Source: Pristiophorus japonicus
Taxonomy: Eukaryota
Length of the DNA: 64,000 nt
Assembly: GCF_044704955.1 (NCBI RefSeq)
Contig: NC_091983.1
Span: 109,678,001-109,742,000, forward strand
Direction: 5' to 3'
In this document: in pieces, positions 1 through 12,345 of the stretch
Layout of the letters: every line of letters starts with the position of its first letter
How positions within the stretch are numbered: position 1 is the first letter of the stretch
Notes under the pieces: generated by a model
What the model was told of the DNA's origin: nothing
The model's database searches: none
What the model saw: only the letters and a program-made list of their open reading frames with translations
Translations under genes and position numbers: made by a program

Positions 1-424
1 TCTCTCTTTCCAAACTGCAGGCCACAGCTCCCATTTCACTCCCACCCACACATATCACAGCAGCTCCTAAATGTCCTCATACCATTCATTACTGAAGCTT
101 TCCACCTAATTCAGTAGAAAAGCCACCCAATGCAGTGTAAAATACACAACCACTATATCATCATCCTTACCCAATGCGTGCTTTCTCATATAATCTGATT
201 CTCAGCCACTACCAGCAGCATGCCACGGGTAGGGAGATCCACTAGTAAATTATTTTATACTGAACTAAACCAATAACATCCAGAAATTCCATCATTTGCT
301 TTCAGATAGGCTGATTTGGGGAATCCAATACCACAGAAGCAGATGTGGTTATTCCAAAAATGAAAAAGCAATGGATTTTAAATGCCACACAATGACCAGT
401 GATGCAAGTTGTGTCAAATACATC

Positions 425-1031
425 AGGCCATATTTTACTGCAGCACGGCCTCTCATGGCATCTGCCGTTAGTTGACTTGCACCTGCACCTGCACGCTTCA
501 GCTCAAAGGTTATTTTCCCACTAAGTTGCTGAAAATGCAAGCTGATAATGGTGCAGCAAGGGAGGAGGGCATCTGGGATCTGAGTGAACAACAGGGCCAA
601 CAGTGTATCTCCTTAACCAATGAGATTTATGGATTTGGAAATACAATAGAAAAACTTGAGAAAGAGGGTGAATTAAAGGGGGTTAATTCACTGTCAAATC
701 AGGTACAGAAAAATAAATAAAGGGAGGGAAACAAAGAGACAGGAAGGAAAAAGGTACTTATACTTGTAATTATTAGCTCTAAATATCTGTGCTGAGTTTA
801 GTTTGTATCTACAGCAACTTTCCAACATTCAATGCATTTCAATGGTGAGGCAGACAGTGAAATATCATTTTTGCTCAGCCATCAGCGTAATGGTGCAACT
901 AGGACAGCAAAGTCTGGATATTGGCATTTAACCACACATCTGCCCCTCGCCTGAAATTCCTGTACCATTTATGCATAAATAACAGCAAGAGCCATTAGCC
1001 TCACTGTTATTTTGACAGTAAAATCTAACCC
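425..1031. mobile_element. Harbinger-type MITE, degenerate
   Basis: Imperfect terminal inverted repeats GGCCATATTTTACTG (426) and CAGTAAAATCTAACC (1016-1030), 12/15 matches; ATC on both flanks; no coding capacity. Confidence 0.5.
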
Positions 1032-2060
1032 ATCATTGGACCACTTGTTTGTGCCAAAAATTATGCATGGCTCTGCTCTTGTGATCTGAATTTAACTGAG
1101 TAGCAGCAGCTTAAAGAAAGCCTCTTTCACAAAGATACTAACCTTTAATTTTTCAATGTACATTTCTATAGTTTTTCCCTTTCAGAAAATAAACTTTTTT
1201 GAAATATTATTGAAGTAGTCAGTTCTGTGTGATCTGTTGACCAGCTGCAACAATGGAATTCAGTCGGCATTCTTAAGATATTCTGATTCAAACTTTGTGC
1301 CATTTTACATTGACATCGGTCTGCAGAAATGTTCATAGCTGTTCTGGGAATCACTGGTTAATTATTTCTATCTATTAAAAAGTGCTCTTGCTATATCATT
1401 GAGTTTGGATAGTTTGGAGTTTTTGTGAGCAATGTTTTGCGACAGAAGGTGATCAATTAATTGTGACAAAAATAACTATTTACATTTATGTGGAGTCGTT
1501 CACACAACAAAATAATCCCATGATGCTTCACAAAGGGAATGGTGGACACTAAGCAGAACAGAGGAGAGAATTTGACCACCCACACAGTGTGAGGAAGCTT
1601 TTAAGGATGGAGAGAGAGCAAGGCAAAGAAGTTTAGGAAAATAATTCCGGAGTGCAAGGCCACAGTAGCTGAAGGCTATGCCAGTGACTGTGAAGCAAGG
1701 AGAAGTGTGGAGTGGAGATGCAAAGGTGGAGAATACATGATGGGTGTAGGGCTCAAGCAGATTGTAAAGGTAAGGTGGGCCAAGGCTATTACAAATTTCC
1801 TTAGTTAAGTTGTTCATGTGATACTCGTGTGTTTATATGTGTGATGACAGACTGAAAATGCCCAATCTAAATTGCATAAAGCCCCAGGGGTCAGCTTTTT
1901 ACTGCATGAGCTGATGACCAGATTTGCAGAGTTGCCCCACCACGGCACACCATGGCTGCAGTGTACAAATAAAGTTGAGTCGTTCTGTATGGGAGCGGGC
2001 CTAAAGACCGTCCTGCCACCTACCGGAGCTGCGCAAATGCATCCATCATTCCAACCATGC

Positions 2061-2224
2061 ATAGAAACATAGAAACATAGAAAATAGGTGCAGGAGTAGG
2101 CCATTCGGCCCTTGGAGCCTGCACCGCCATTCAATGAGTTCATGGCTGAACATGTAACTTCAGTACCCCATTCCTGCTTTCTCGCCATACCCCTTGATCC
2201 CTCTAGTAGTAAGGACTACATCTA
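2061..2224 (-). mobile_element. Short CR1 LINE 3' fragment
   Basis: (ATAGAAAC)n tail and 3' UTR matching the 3' ends of the CR1 copies at 36551 and 53107. Confidence 0.9.
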
Positions 2225-2257
2225 CCTATGCATGCACCTATGTTTATTGTAGTCCAT

Positions 2258-3735
2258 TCACCAGCACAGGGGGGTGTCGGGGGCGGGGGGAGTATTTCAG
2301 AAACTCACGGGAGGGTGGAGTGGAAGGGAGAAGGTCATGAACTCGGGGGCAGGGGGGTGGGGAAGAAGGTCAGGTACTCGGGGGTGGGGGGAGGGGGAGA
2401 TGAAGGTCAGGAACTCGGCGGGGGGGGAGAAGGTCAGGAATTGTTAGGGGCAGAAGGACAGGAGCTTGTTGGGAGCGGTAAAAGGTAAGGAACATTTTGG
2501 TGAGGGCAGAATGTCCTAACCCGGGAGAGTGAGCCCTGTCTGTTCTCTGAAAGCAGTAGTGTTAGCAATTTGAGCTCTGGAGCCTGGCTGTCACAATGAT
2601 GATTTATGGTTTTACATTAATGATTTGGACGAGGGGATTAAATGTAATATCTCCAAATTTGCGGATGACACTAAGTTGGGTGGCAGTGTGAGCTGTGAGG
2701 AGGATGCTATGAGGCTGCAGAGTGACTTGGATAGGTTAGGTGAGTGGGCAAATGCATGGCAGATGAAGTATAATGTGGATAAATGTGAGCTTATCCACTT
2801 TGGTGGTAAAAACAGAGAGACAGACTATTATCTGAATGGTGACAGATTAGGAAAAGGGGAGGTGCAATGAGATCTGGGTGTCATGGTACATCAGTCATTG
2901 AAGGTTGGCATGCAGGTGCAGCAGGCGGTTAAGAAAGCAAATGGCATGTTGGCCTTCATAGCGAGGGGATTTGAGTACAGGGGCAGGGAGGTGTTGCTAC
3001 AGTTATACAGGGCCTTGGTGAGGCCACACCTGGAGTATTGTATACAGTTTTGGTCTCCTAACTTGGGGAAGGACATTCTTGCTATTGAGGGAGTGCAGCG
3101 AAGGTTCACCAGACTGATTTCCGGGATGGCGGGACTGACATATCAAGAAAGACTGGATCAACTGGGCTTGTATTCACTGGAGTTCAGAAGAATGAGAGGG
3201 GATCTCATAGAAATGTTTAAAATTCTGACGGGTTTAGACAGGTTAGATGCAGGAAGAATGTTCCCAATTTTGGGGAAGTCCAGAACCAGGGGTCACAGTC
3301 TAAGGATAAGGGGTAAGCCATTTAGGACCGAGATGAGGAGAAACTTCTTCACCCAGAGAGTGGTGAACCTGTGGAATTCTCTACCACAGAAAGTTGTTGA
3401 GGCCAATTCACTAAATATATTCAAAAAGGAGTTAGATGTAGTCCTTACTACGAGGGGGATCAAGGGGTATGGCGAGAAAGCAGGAATGGGGTACTGAGGT
3501 TGCATGTTCAGCCATGAACTCATTGAATGGCGGTGCAGGCTCAAAGGACCGAATGGCCTACTCCTGCACCTATTTTCTATGTTTCTATGTTTCTATGAAT
3601 GGATCAAATTACACATTACAAAAATCTTGATTACTCAGGCAGACAGAATCTAATTACACATTCCAGACAAACTATTGGGTGTGTCTTGTCCTCCAAGGGG
3701 ACCAATCAGAAATTTGGTGTTGCAAATACAAAATG
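2258..3735. repeat. Unclassified dispersed repeat with G-rich GAAGGTCAGGAACTC array, copy 1 (split by the CR1 at 2612)
   Basis: 2258-2600 and 3598-3735 are collinear with 10730-11265 (shared CTGGAGCCTG, ATTCCAGA, GACCAATCAGAAAT..GGTGTTGCAAATA). Confidence 0.65.
2612..3594 (+). mobile_element. 5'-truncated CR1 LINE (young subfamily A), RT C-terminal half
   Basis: KFADDTKLGG, RPHLEYC.QFWSP; one in-frame stop near 2870; (TTTCTATG)3 tail; probable ATGA duplication judged against the empty site near 11107. Confidence 0.95.
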
Positions 3736-4050
3736 CATGGCAGCAACTCGTCAAGGCTTCTTCGTCAGCACCTCCCAAATGCGCGACCTCTATTGCCTAA
3801 AAGGCCAAGGCAACATGGGAACACCATCACCTCTAAGCTCCACCACAAGTCACACACGGGAAATTTATCACTGTTCCTTCATCGTTGCTGGGTAAAAATC
3901 TTGGAACTCCCTCCTTAAAGCACTGTGGGAGTGCCTTCACCACACAGACTGCAGCGGTTCAAGAAGGTGGCTCACCACTATCTTCTCAAGGGCAATTATG
4001 GATGGGCAATAAATGCTGGCCTTGCCAATGATGCCCACAACCCAGGAACA
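3735..4050 (+). mobile_element. 3' end of the LINE family seen at 17879-25225
   Basis: Collinear with 24915-25225 (CAAGGCTTCTTCG..CAGCACCT, GCAGCGGTTCAAGAAGG, GGGCAATAAATGCTGG). Confidence 0.8.
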
Positions 4051-4710
4051 AATATTTAAAATGTTACTGAAAGTATTGGTAGTTGCATGGCAAGCTGAGA
4101 AGGCAAGGTAAATATTGAAGTAAGACATGACAAACCATCCAGGTCACTCGTTTAGACCTCAGAGCACCCAGTTACAAAATGGTAGAGTGTCCTGGCAAAA
4201 GCAGCTTGCCTCTAAAATTGGCTGATAAAATAAATCATGCAGAGAATCTCAAAATGGAAAGAAGGTGTTTTTTAAATATTAATAAACAAAAATATAATTT
4301 AAGGCTATTCTTCGGGCATTTCTCCTACAAAGCCCAAGACTATCTCTTGGTGCTACCAAAGTGCAGGATTGGCTCCAGTGCAGTTATCTCGTACTCGCAC
4401 TACTTGGGAGCCAATTTTCCTGGCTCCCCACACTCATGCTCTGATGCAGTGGTAGCGTGCCCCATCTGCAGTCCCAAATATCAAGCTTGATTTCCCGTGT
4501 TAGCTCATTTTACTAAAATGTTTTGTCACAATTTAAGTTTTATTTTGACTATTAGGCCTAAAAGGGTTTTGGATTGATTTAATTTATATATGGAGTGGTT
4601 GAGGCAAATATCATAGATGCATTTAAGGGAAAGCTAGACAAGCACATGAGGGTGAAAAGAATATTGATAGGATGAGATGAAATAAGGTGAGACATGCTGT
4701 AAAATTCTTT

Positions 4711-4896
4711 GGCCTAGAAATTTGTCTCGGACGGTGGTGCGAAATGTGTGGTACTCAGTCAGCCACTCGTTATACGCAGTGCCTGATATTCAGTTCCAGT
4801 GACTGCAATGGAACTGAATATCAGGAGCTGTGTATAATGGGCAGCCAATCTGATACTGCCCGTTTTGCGCCACCGCCCGAGATGAATTTCTAGGCC
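4711..4896. mobile_element. Palindromic Harbinger-type MITE (186 bp)
   Basis: Termini GGCCTAGAAATT / AATTTCTAGGCC; whole element folds back; perfect 17-bp inverted repeat 4782-4798 / 4809-4825. Confidence 0.85.
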
Positions 4897-5752
4897 TATG
4901 TGTTTCTATGTAATATTACACTGCTGCTATTAAGTTCAATTCCAATCACAAGAGGTTAAATTCACAGAACACACAGGTATCATGGAATGCCGATTAGATC
5001 CAGATGAAGGAGCTGGAGACCTGGGTTTTCCCACATACTAGGTTGACTTGAGACAAAAGGGTTTATTAGGACATTCCAATAACATTCACACCTAATAAAT
5101 TGGAATAGCCCCATTCATTTGAGCCCAGTGGGGACAGTGGAAACTTTGGGCAGCAGGATTGATTGGCAGTTCAGCAGGCCAATCCCTGGGCTCAGAGTGC
5201 TGAGGTGGGGTGGCAGGTTGTCTTCCTGTCCAGCTGGAATACAAAGGACAGTCTGCAGAAACTTAAGCCCCGATTTTAACCCTGCCTACCCAATGGTAAT
5301 GGGATGGGCGAGGGGGTAAACTAGAGGTACAGTACATACCGCTGAGATTCCCAATGTGCTCCTGCCCCGCCTCCATTTTAACCATGCACTTTATGGAGGT
5401 AGCAGAGGTGCCCATTGCAGATACGCAGAAGCCTCATGAATATATTAAAATCGGGATCCTACGATGTAATTAGGACGTCAACGCTATTTTAGCCAAGAAA
5501 TATGGCAGTCCCGCCATGTGCCAGTACTAACAGGATTAACATCTGTGAGTCACTGAAGCAGTGTTTGAAGGAGCACTCACCTGCAGCTAATTAGATCACT
5601 GGATCTGTGTGCTATTTGGATGTCAAGGAAAGTTACAAATCATTTCTTTCTCATTTTTTGTGCTTTATCTGTTTATCATTTATTGCTAATATAAACACAG
5701 AAAATGCTGGAAATCTCAGCAGGTCAGGCAGCATCTGTGGAGAGAAAAACAG

Positions 5753-5788
5753 AGTTAACGTTTCAAGTAATGACCCTTCATCAGAACT
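5753..5788 (-). ncRNA. Second hammerhead motif in the inverted pseudo-LTR
   Basis: Minus strand AGTT-CTGATGA-AGGGTCATTACTT-GAAA-CGTT-AACT; stem II weaker. Confidence 0.65.
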
Positions 5789-5985
5789 GGCGAATGTTTG
5801 AAAAGAACAGATCTTAAGGAGTATTGAAAGGGGGAGGGGAAGAAAGAACAAATGGGAAGGTCTGTGATAGAGAGGAAGGCAGGAGAGATTAAGAGACAAA
5901 AGGGATGATGGGCTGAATTGAAATGGTAATGACAGAAGTTAGAAAAAGGTTAGTCTAGATTGGGTGTGAATGGCAGAATAATGAC

Positions 5986-6338
5986 AGGGTCCCAAATACT
6001 CCTTCCAGGTGAAACAACAATTTACTTGTACTTCTTTCAATTTAGTATGCTGTATACGCTGCTCATGATGTGGTCTCCTCTACATTGGGGAGACCAAACG
6101 CAGATTGGGTGACCACTTTGTGGAGCACCTCCGTTCAGTCCGTAAGCGCGACCCTGAGCTTCCGGTCACCTGTCATTTTAATTCCCTGCTCCACTCCCAC
6201 TCCGACATCTCTGTCCTCAGCCTCCTACACTGTTCCAATGAAGCTCAACGCAAGTTCAAAGAACTGCACCCCATCTTTCGTTTAGGCACTTTACAGCTTT
6301 CTGGACTCAACATCGAGTTCAACAATTTCAGAACATAA
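5986..6338 (+). pseudogene. Penelope GIY-YIG endonuclease C-terminal fragment
   Basis: FTCTSFNLVCCIRCS*CGLLYIGETKRRLGDHFVEHLRSV...V.CHFN...GLN; one stop. Confidence 0.88.
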
Positions 6339-6590
6339 CCCCCCGCCACCCCCACCAGCTTATGTTTTTTTTCACTTTGTCTCCAATGGCAGCTGGTCAT
6401 TATTCCACCATTCACACCCAATCTAGAATAACCTTTTTCTAACTTGTCATTACCATTTCAATTCAGCCCATCATCCCTTTTGTCTCTCTAATCTCTCTTA
6501 CCTTCTACCCTATCACAGACCTTCCCTTTTGTTCTTTCTTCCCCTCCCCCTTTCAGTGCTCCTTAAGATCTGTTCTTTTCAACATTCGCC

Positions 6591-6627
6591 AGTTCTGATG
6601 AAGGATCATCGATCTGAAACGTTAACT
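6591..6627 (+). ncRNA. Minimal type I hammerhead ribozyme motif in Penelope pseudo-LTR
   Basis: AGTT-CTGATGA-AGGATCATCGATCT-GAAA-CGTT-AACT: conserved core, stem II hairpin, palindromic minimal stem III, stem I AGTT/AACT. Confidence 0.75.
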
Positions 6628-6839
6628 CTGTTTTTCTCTTTACATATGCTGCCTGACCCGCTGAGATTTCCAGCATTTTCTGTTTTTATTTCAGATTCCA
6701 GCATCCGTAGTATTTTGCTTTTGTATTAGCTATTATTGCTAATTTTAGTTGGATGGAGAGAAGCAATTGCAGTAAAATCTCAGCAACCAGTCCCAGCAGC
6801 AGCCGGGCCTAACAGAAGACAGTAGGCGGGGGGAGGCAG

Positions 6840-7430
6840 TGCTCATAGGAGGCTGTACCCAGCATGCAGGGTGTACAGGCCAAGAGTTATTTTATTAGAT
6901 CTATCTGAAGAGCAGTGCTTCAGGAGGCCGTGCTTCTCCAGGCAGTCTGTTGCAGAACTCAACAGCCTCCTGTAACAGGACAGTTGTCGACTGGACCAGG
7001 GCATCATGCTTTGCCAATGGTTGTGAAAGTCACCACAACCTTTAACTTCTTTGTCAATCACTCCTTTCAGTTTGCTTCAGGGGACATCACCCAATCTGCA
7101 ATACACAGTGACATTAAGCAGGTCCCTAGGGCTGACTAGTACATCACCTTCCCGTTTACCTCAACAGTCAGCCCAGGAGACCTTGGGGATTTGCAGCAGT
7201 TGTTGGCTTCCCTCATATCCAGGGCCTCTTTGACTATTCACAGGTTGTTTTCAGGGCACCAGAACACCAGCCAGAAACATTCTCCAACAGCTAAGGTGAC
7301 CACGCCATTAATGTGTTAGTAGTGTCCGGTCATAGAAATAGGATCATACAAGATTGTGCAAGATATCCAGGCAGCTGCTACAATTCATATATTGTGCGAC
7401 ACTCTATCATCTTCCCAATATTCGATCCTG
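6840..7430 (+). pseudogene. Decayed PIF/Harbinger (HARBI1-like) transposase, element 0
   Basis: Broken-frame remnants RVYRPR..LDLSEEQC, ALPMVVKVTTTFNFF..SFQ, GFPHIQG, ARYPGS; resembles the transposases at 25880 and 46841. Confidence 0.7.
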
Positions 7431-7600
7431 CCAGGAACTTTATTGAAATTTACTAATTTCAACCAGCTTGTTGGGTTACAATTGGCATCAACAACAACAA
7501 CTTACATTTTACATAAGACCTTTCATGTAGAAAAACATCCCAAGACACTATGCAAAAGTGTAATCAGACAAAAATCAACACCAAGCCAAAGGAGGAGATA

Positions 7601-9848
7601 CCATCCTCACCGCATATAGCGGGTGCTTTGGTGATAATGCGATTTACCCGCGATACGCAATGGAAATTACAACCTAAAACGAAGTAACCAACTTATTTTT
7701 TTTTAAAACAGGAATTTGCCATTTAGCAATTGCCTCTCCTAATTGTTAACAGTTGCATCCAGAATCTCATAACCAAAGTAGGTTCTGTCTTCACGAAGGA
7801 AGACACGAATAACCTTCCGAATGTATTCGGGGACAGTGGGTCTAGTGAGAAGGAGGAACTGAAGGATATCCTTATTAGGCGGGAAATTGTGTTAGGAAAT
7901 TGATGGGATTGAAGGCCGATAAATCCCCAGGGCCTGATAGTCTGCATCCCAGAGTACTTAAGGAAGTGGCCCTAGAAATAGTAGATGCATTGGTGATCAT
8001 TTTCCAACAGTCTATCGACTCTGGATCAGTTCCTATGGACTGGAGGGTAGCTAATGTAACACCACTTTTTAAAAAAGGAGGGAGAGAGAAAGCGGCTAAT
8101 TATAGACCGATTAGCCTGACATCAGTAGTGGGGAAAATGTTGGAATCAATCATTAAGAATGAAATAGCAGTGCATTTGGAAAGCAGTGACAGGATCAGTC
8201 CAAGTTAGCATGGATTTATGAAAGGGAAATCATGCTTGACGAATCTTCTGGAATTTTTTGAGGATGTAACTAGTAGAGTGGACAAGGGAGAACCAGTGGA
8301 TGTTGTGTATTTGGACTTTCAAAAGGCTTTTGACAAGGTCCCACACAAGAGATTGGTGTGCAAAATCAAAGCACATGGTATTGGGGTAATGTACTGACAT
8401 GGATAGAGAACTGGTTGGCAGACAGGAAGCAGAGAGTTGGGATAAACGGATCCTTTTCAGAATGGTAGGCAGTGACGAGTGGAGTGCCGCAGGGCTCAGT
8501 GCTGGGACCCCAGCTCTTTACAATATACATTAACAATTTGGATGAAGGAATTGAGTGAAATATCTCCAAGTTTGCAGATGACACTAAACTGGGTGGCGGT
8601 GTGAGCTGTGAGGGGGAGGCTAAGAGGCTGCAGGTTGACTTGGACAGGTTAGGTGAGTGGGCAAATGCATGGCAGATGCAGTATAATGTGGATAAATGTG
8701 AGGTTATCCATTTTGGGGGCAAAAACACAAAGACAGAATATTATCTGAATGGCGGCAAATTAGGAAAAGAGGAGGTGCAACGAGACCTGGGTGTCATGGT
8801 TCATCAGTCATTGAAGGTTGGCATGCAGATACAACAGGCGGTGAAGAAGGCAAATGGTATATTGGCCTTCATTGCTAGGAGATTTGCAAAAAGGAGCAGG
8901 GAGGTCTTACTGCAGTTGTACAGGGCATTGGTGAGGCCACACCTGGAATATTGTGTTCCATTTTGGTCTCCTAATCTGATGAAGGACATGCTTGCTTTTG
9001 AGGGAGTGCAGCGAAGTTTCACCAGACTAATTCCAGGGATGGCTGGACTGTCATATGAGGAGTGATTGGATCAACTGGGCCTTTATTCACTGGAGTTTAG
9101 AAGGATGCGAGGGGATCTCATAGAAACGTATAAGATTCTGACGGGACTGGACAGGTTAGATGCGGGAAGAATGTTCCCAATGTTGGGGAAGTCCAGAACC
9201 AAGGGAAATAGTCTTAGGAGAAGGGGTAAGCCATTTAGGACTGAGATGAGGAGAAACGTCTTCACTCAGAGAGTTGTTAACCCGTGGAATTCCAGAGTTG
9301 TTGATGCCAGTTCATTGGATATATTCAAGAGATAGTTAGATATGGCCCTTACGGCTAAAGGGATCAAGGGGTATGGAGAGAAAGCAGGAAAGGGTACTGA
9401 GCGAATGATCCGCCATGATCTTATTGAATGGCGGTGCAGGCTCGAAGGGCCGACTGGCCTACTCCTGCACCTAGTTTCTATGTTTCTACTCACACTTTAA
9501 CAAGGTGCAAACAGCTGATTGAAACTGCTTGAAGATCCATTTTGACTGAAATGGTCACTGCCTTTTTAATCGTTAAACACAATGCAGGGGATTAATGAGG
9601 CGTGAACAGCTAATTGAAATTGCTTGAAGATCCAGCTGTGCCTGAAATTAACAGAACATTTTAAATCGGGTTAAGTACAGGGTAAGTACTTATTGAACTT
9701 CCGGAAATAGCCGATGTTATAAGTATATAAATATATTATAAGCGGCACCTTTATAATTGGTATATATTTGAATGGCAAATGTTTCGCATCATTTACCCGA
9801 TATAGTCGACTACCTGATAAGTGTGCATGGTGCAAGTGGTGGAGATTG
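7601..9848. mobile_element. Non-autonomous Tc1/mariner-type insertion (hosts the CR1 at 7781)
   Basis: TA on both sides (7599-7600, 9849-9850) splitting an L2-like 3' sequence GGAGA-TA-TTAG; degenerate termini CCATCCTCACC vs reverse complement CAATCTCCACC. Confidence 0.55.
7781..9488 (+). mobile_element. 5'-truncated CR1 LINE (subfamily B), RT pseudogene
   Basis: KSPGPD, NYRPISLTS, YLDFQKAFDKVPH, GVPQGSVLGP, KFADD with several stops and frameshifts; TTTCTATG tail. Confidence 0.95.
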
Positions 9849-10729
9849 TATTAGAGAGCAGCAATTAAAGCTTGGTCGCATAGGTAGGTTTTAAGAAGGG
9901 TCTTAAAAGAGGAGGGGACAGTGCAGATGAAGAAAGGTTTAGGGAGGGAATTCCAGATGCTGTGGTTATTTGCACGAATACCTTTGGGGCCTTCTGTATA
10001 CCGGAGCTGTGTAGGCGCAGTACCCAACCACTGGGGAAGAGAGAGGATTGAAGAGAGAGAGAGAGGATCAAAGTCAGGGAGAGATAGAATCAGAGAGCCG
10101 GGTGGGTGGGGGGCGGAGAGAGAGAGGAGTTCAAAGTGATAAGGAATAAGAGAATATTGGAGGGGGGAGAGAGGAGATCAGAGAGCGAGAGGAGGTCAGA
10201 GGGAAAGAGAGGAAATCGGGAGGAAAACAAGAGAGAGGAATTCGGGGGATGGGAGAGATCGGGGTGGGAGTGAGAGAGAGGAGATCGGTGGGGGTGGTGG
10301 TGCGGTAGAGAGGATCGAAGGGGGGAAGAGAGAGGGTAGAGGAAAGGAGCTTGGGGGCAGAGAGGTGGTCAGAAGCTCAGGAGAGGAGGTCAGGAACTCG
10401 AGAGGAGGGGGTAAAGAGCACAGAGAGCACAATGGCGATGGGGGAAGAATGTGAACCAGGTCTAAAGTGGGGGGAGGTGAGAGCGAGAACGTGATCCAGA
10501 TGGAAAGACGGATCCCGTTCTTCCAACCCCATCCCCTTTACACCCACACCATGTTCTCCCTCTCCTTCCCTACACATGGTTGATTTCTCGGAAAACTCAG
10601 TGGACGTGTGGCAAGTGACATCATTGGACTGTATGAAATCCAGAAGTCACAACACTGTCACTATTCACTTCATACCCAATAAACCCGTTAACAATCCGTG
10701 ACCCACACACATTGCCCCATCTATGGGTG

Positions 10730-11265
10730 TGGAGAGGGTGGAGGGAAGTTCAGAAACCTGGAGGAGGCGGGGGTGGGGTGGGGACAGGTGAAGGGGGAAG
10801 TTTAGGAACTTGGGCCGGGAGAGAAGGTCAGGACCTTGGGTGGGCGGGGTGAGGGGGAGGAGCTTGGGCAGGGGGAGAAGGTCAGGAACTTGCGGGGTCA
10901 GGGGAGAAGGTTAGGAACCCGGTGGTGGGAGAGGGGAAGGTCAGGTACTTGTTGGGGAGGAAAAACGTCAGAAACTCGGGTGGTGGGAGGAAGGTTGGGA
11001 ACTTGTTGCGGGGGTCAGGAACTTGTTTGGAGAGGAGAAGATCATAACCCCCAAAGGTGAGCCATGTCTGTTCTCTGTGAGCTCTATCTGGAGCCTGACA
11101 GTCAGAATGAATGGCCCAAATTAAACATTGCAACGTAGGTAGGCAGGATCTAATTTCGCATTCCAGATAAAGTGCTGGTTGTGTCTTGTACTCCAAGTGG
11201 ACCAATCAGAAATTAGGTCTTGTCCCCCAAGGGAACCAATCAGAAATCTGGTGTTGCAAATAAAC
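10730..11265. repeat. Unclassified G-rich dispersed repeat, copy 2
   Basis: Array of GAAGGTCAGGAACT(C/T)G units with G-runs, then unique tail homologous to 2530-2600 and 3598-3735. Confidence 0.65.
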
Positions 11266-11289
11266 ATGCCCAATTCCAGAGCATGCGGT

Positions 11290-11700
11290 CTAGACAGCCA
11301 AAGGCATAGTGGAGCGAATGTAGTGCTTGGAGGGTTCTAAGGCTGGAGGAGGTTACAGAGATAATGAGGGCTGATGTAACGCAAGGTTGAGAATTAAAAA
11401 TTTGAGACATTAGGGGACCGTGAACAAATGCAAGTCAGCGAGCACAGGTGTGAAAGATAACATTTGGGCACCAGAGTTTTGGATGAGCTGAAATTTATGA
11501 AGAGTGGAAAATGGGAGACCAGCCTGGAGAGCATTGGAATAGTTGAGTCTGGAGGTGACAAAAGAATGGAGGAGGGTTTCAGCAGCAGAGGGCAGCGATG
11601 TTAAGGAGATGGACATCGGCGATCTTTGTGATGGAGAGAATATGGGGTCGGAAGCTCAGTTTGGGATCAGATGGGATTCCAAGATTGCAAAGTGTCTGGT
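11290..11700 (-). mobile_element. L2 LINE ORF2 C-terminal fragment
   Basis: AETLLHSFVTSRLNYSNAL.AGLP..LQLIQNS-type motif typical of L2/CR1-group ORF2 C-termini. Confidence 0.75.
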
Positions 11701-11704
11701 TCAA

Positions 11705-11885
11705 GAGGCGTCCACCCTGTTAGCACACCAGAAAGGAAGTGGAGCGCTTGATCGTGCTCCACTTCCTTCCGGGGGTGGTAACCTAAATATTTGTGGTGGG
11801 GCGAGTCTTCAGCATCTGGTGCTAAGTCTCATGCTTTCCAACTGTTACCCGCCCCCAAATGGGGCGATACTGAATTTCTACCCGT
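11705..11885. mobile_element. Right-end fragment of the MITE family at 31578-32280
   Basis: Shares CCAGAAAGGAAGTGGAG.GCTTGA and CCAAATGGGG with 32105-32280; ends GAATTTCTACCC. Confidence 0.65.
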
Positions 11886-12345
11886 AAGACTCAGCAAGGC
11901 GTGTGACAATACCAAAGATATTGATGTGGAGTCTGATGGTGGCTGATATTTGGGCTCACTGTCTGCCCGAAAATCATTCCCATCACAGCACCAGCAGCTA
12001 CCTGTGCCATTTTCAACGAAGGAAATAATACTATGCAAGATGTTCACTGAATTGCTGTGTATGCTCAGTACTTCCTGAACCCTCCAGACCAAGTGCTTCA
12101 AAGCTGCAGAATAAGTTCGACAAAGCCGCCAAGGGGTTCCTGAAGCAGTCCAGCATGGTTATCTCCCGGTAATTATATTTATGTATTTCTACGATTTTTG
12201 ATTCCCATTCTTGACATTCACAGTGTCTCCTTTCATCTCTGAAAGAGTAGCATTTTCCAATCACGTCATCTCACTCATGATAATGCATTCAGCCCTTGAA
12301 GAACAATCCACGCTCTTTCATTTGCATGATTTTAATTGAAGTGAG

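Larger units (their letters stand above)
5691..6732 (+). mobile_element. 5'-truncated Penelope-like element with inverted pseudo-LTR
   Basis: About 290-bp inverted repeats (5693-5985 vs 6396-6687) around a GIY-YIG fragment; 11-bp flanking duplication TTATTGCTAAT (5680-5690, 6733-6743). Confidence 0.9.

Noticed and set aside
1186-1356. Exon-like segment after TTTCAG ending MFIAVLGIT
   Set aside because: Stops in all three frames after the acceptor, weak donor and no recognisable protein; a UTR exon cannot be excluded.
10015-10500. GA-rich tract with Pro/Ser/Leu-rich ORFs
   Set aside because: Low-complexity purine tract; the ORFs are compositional artefacts.
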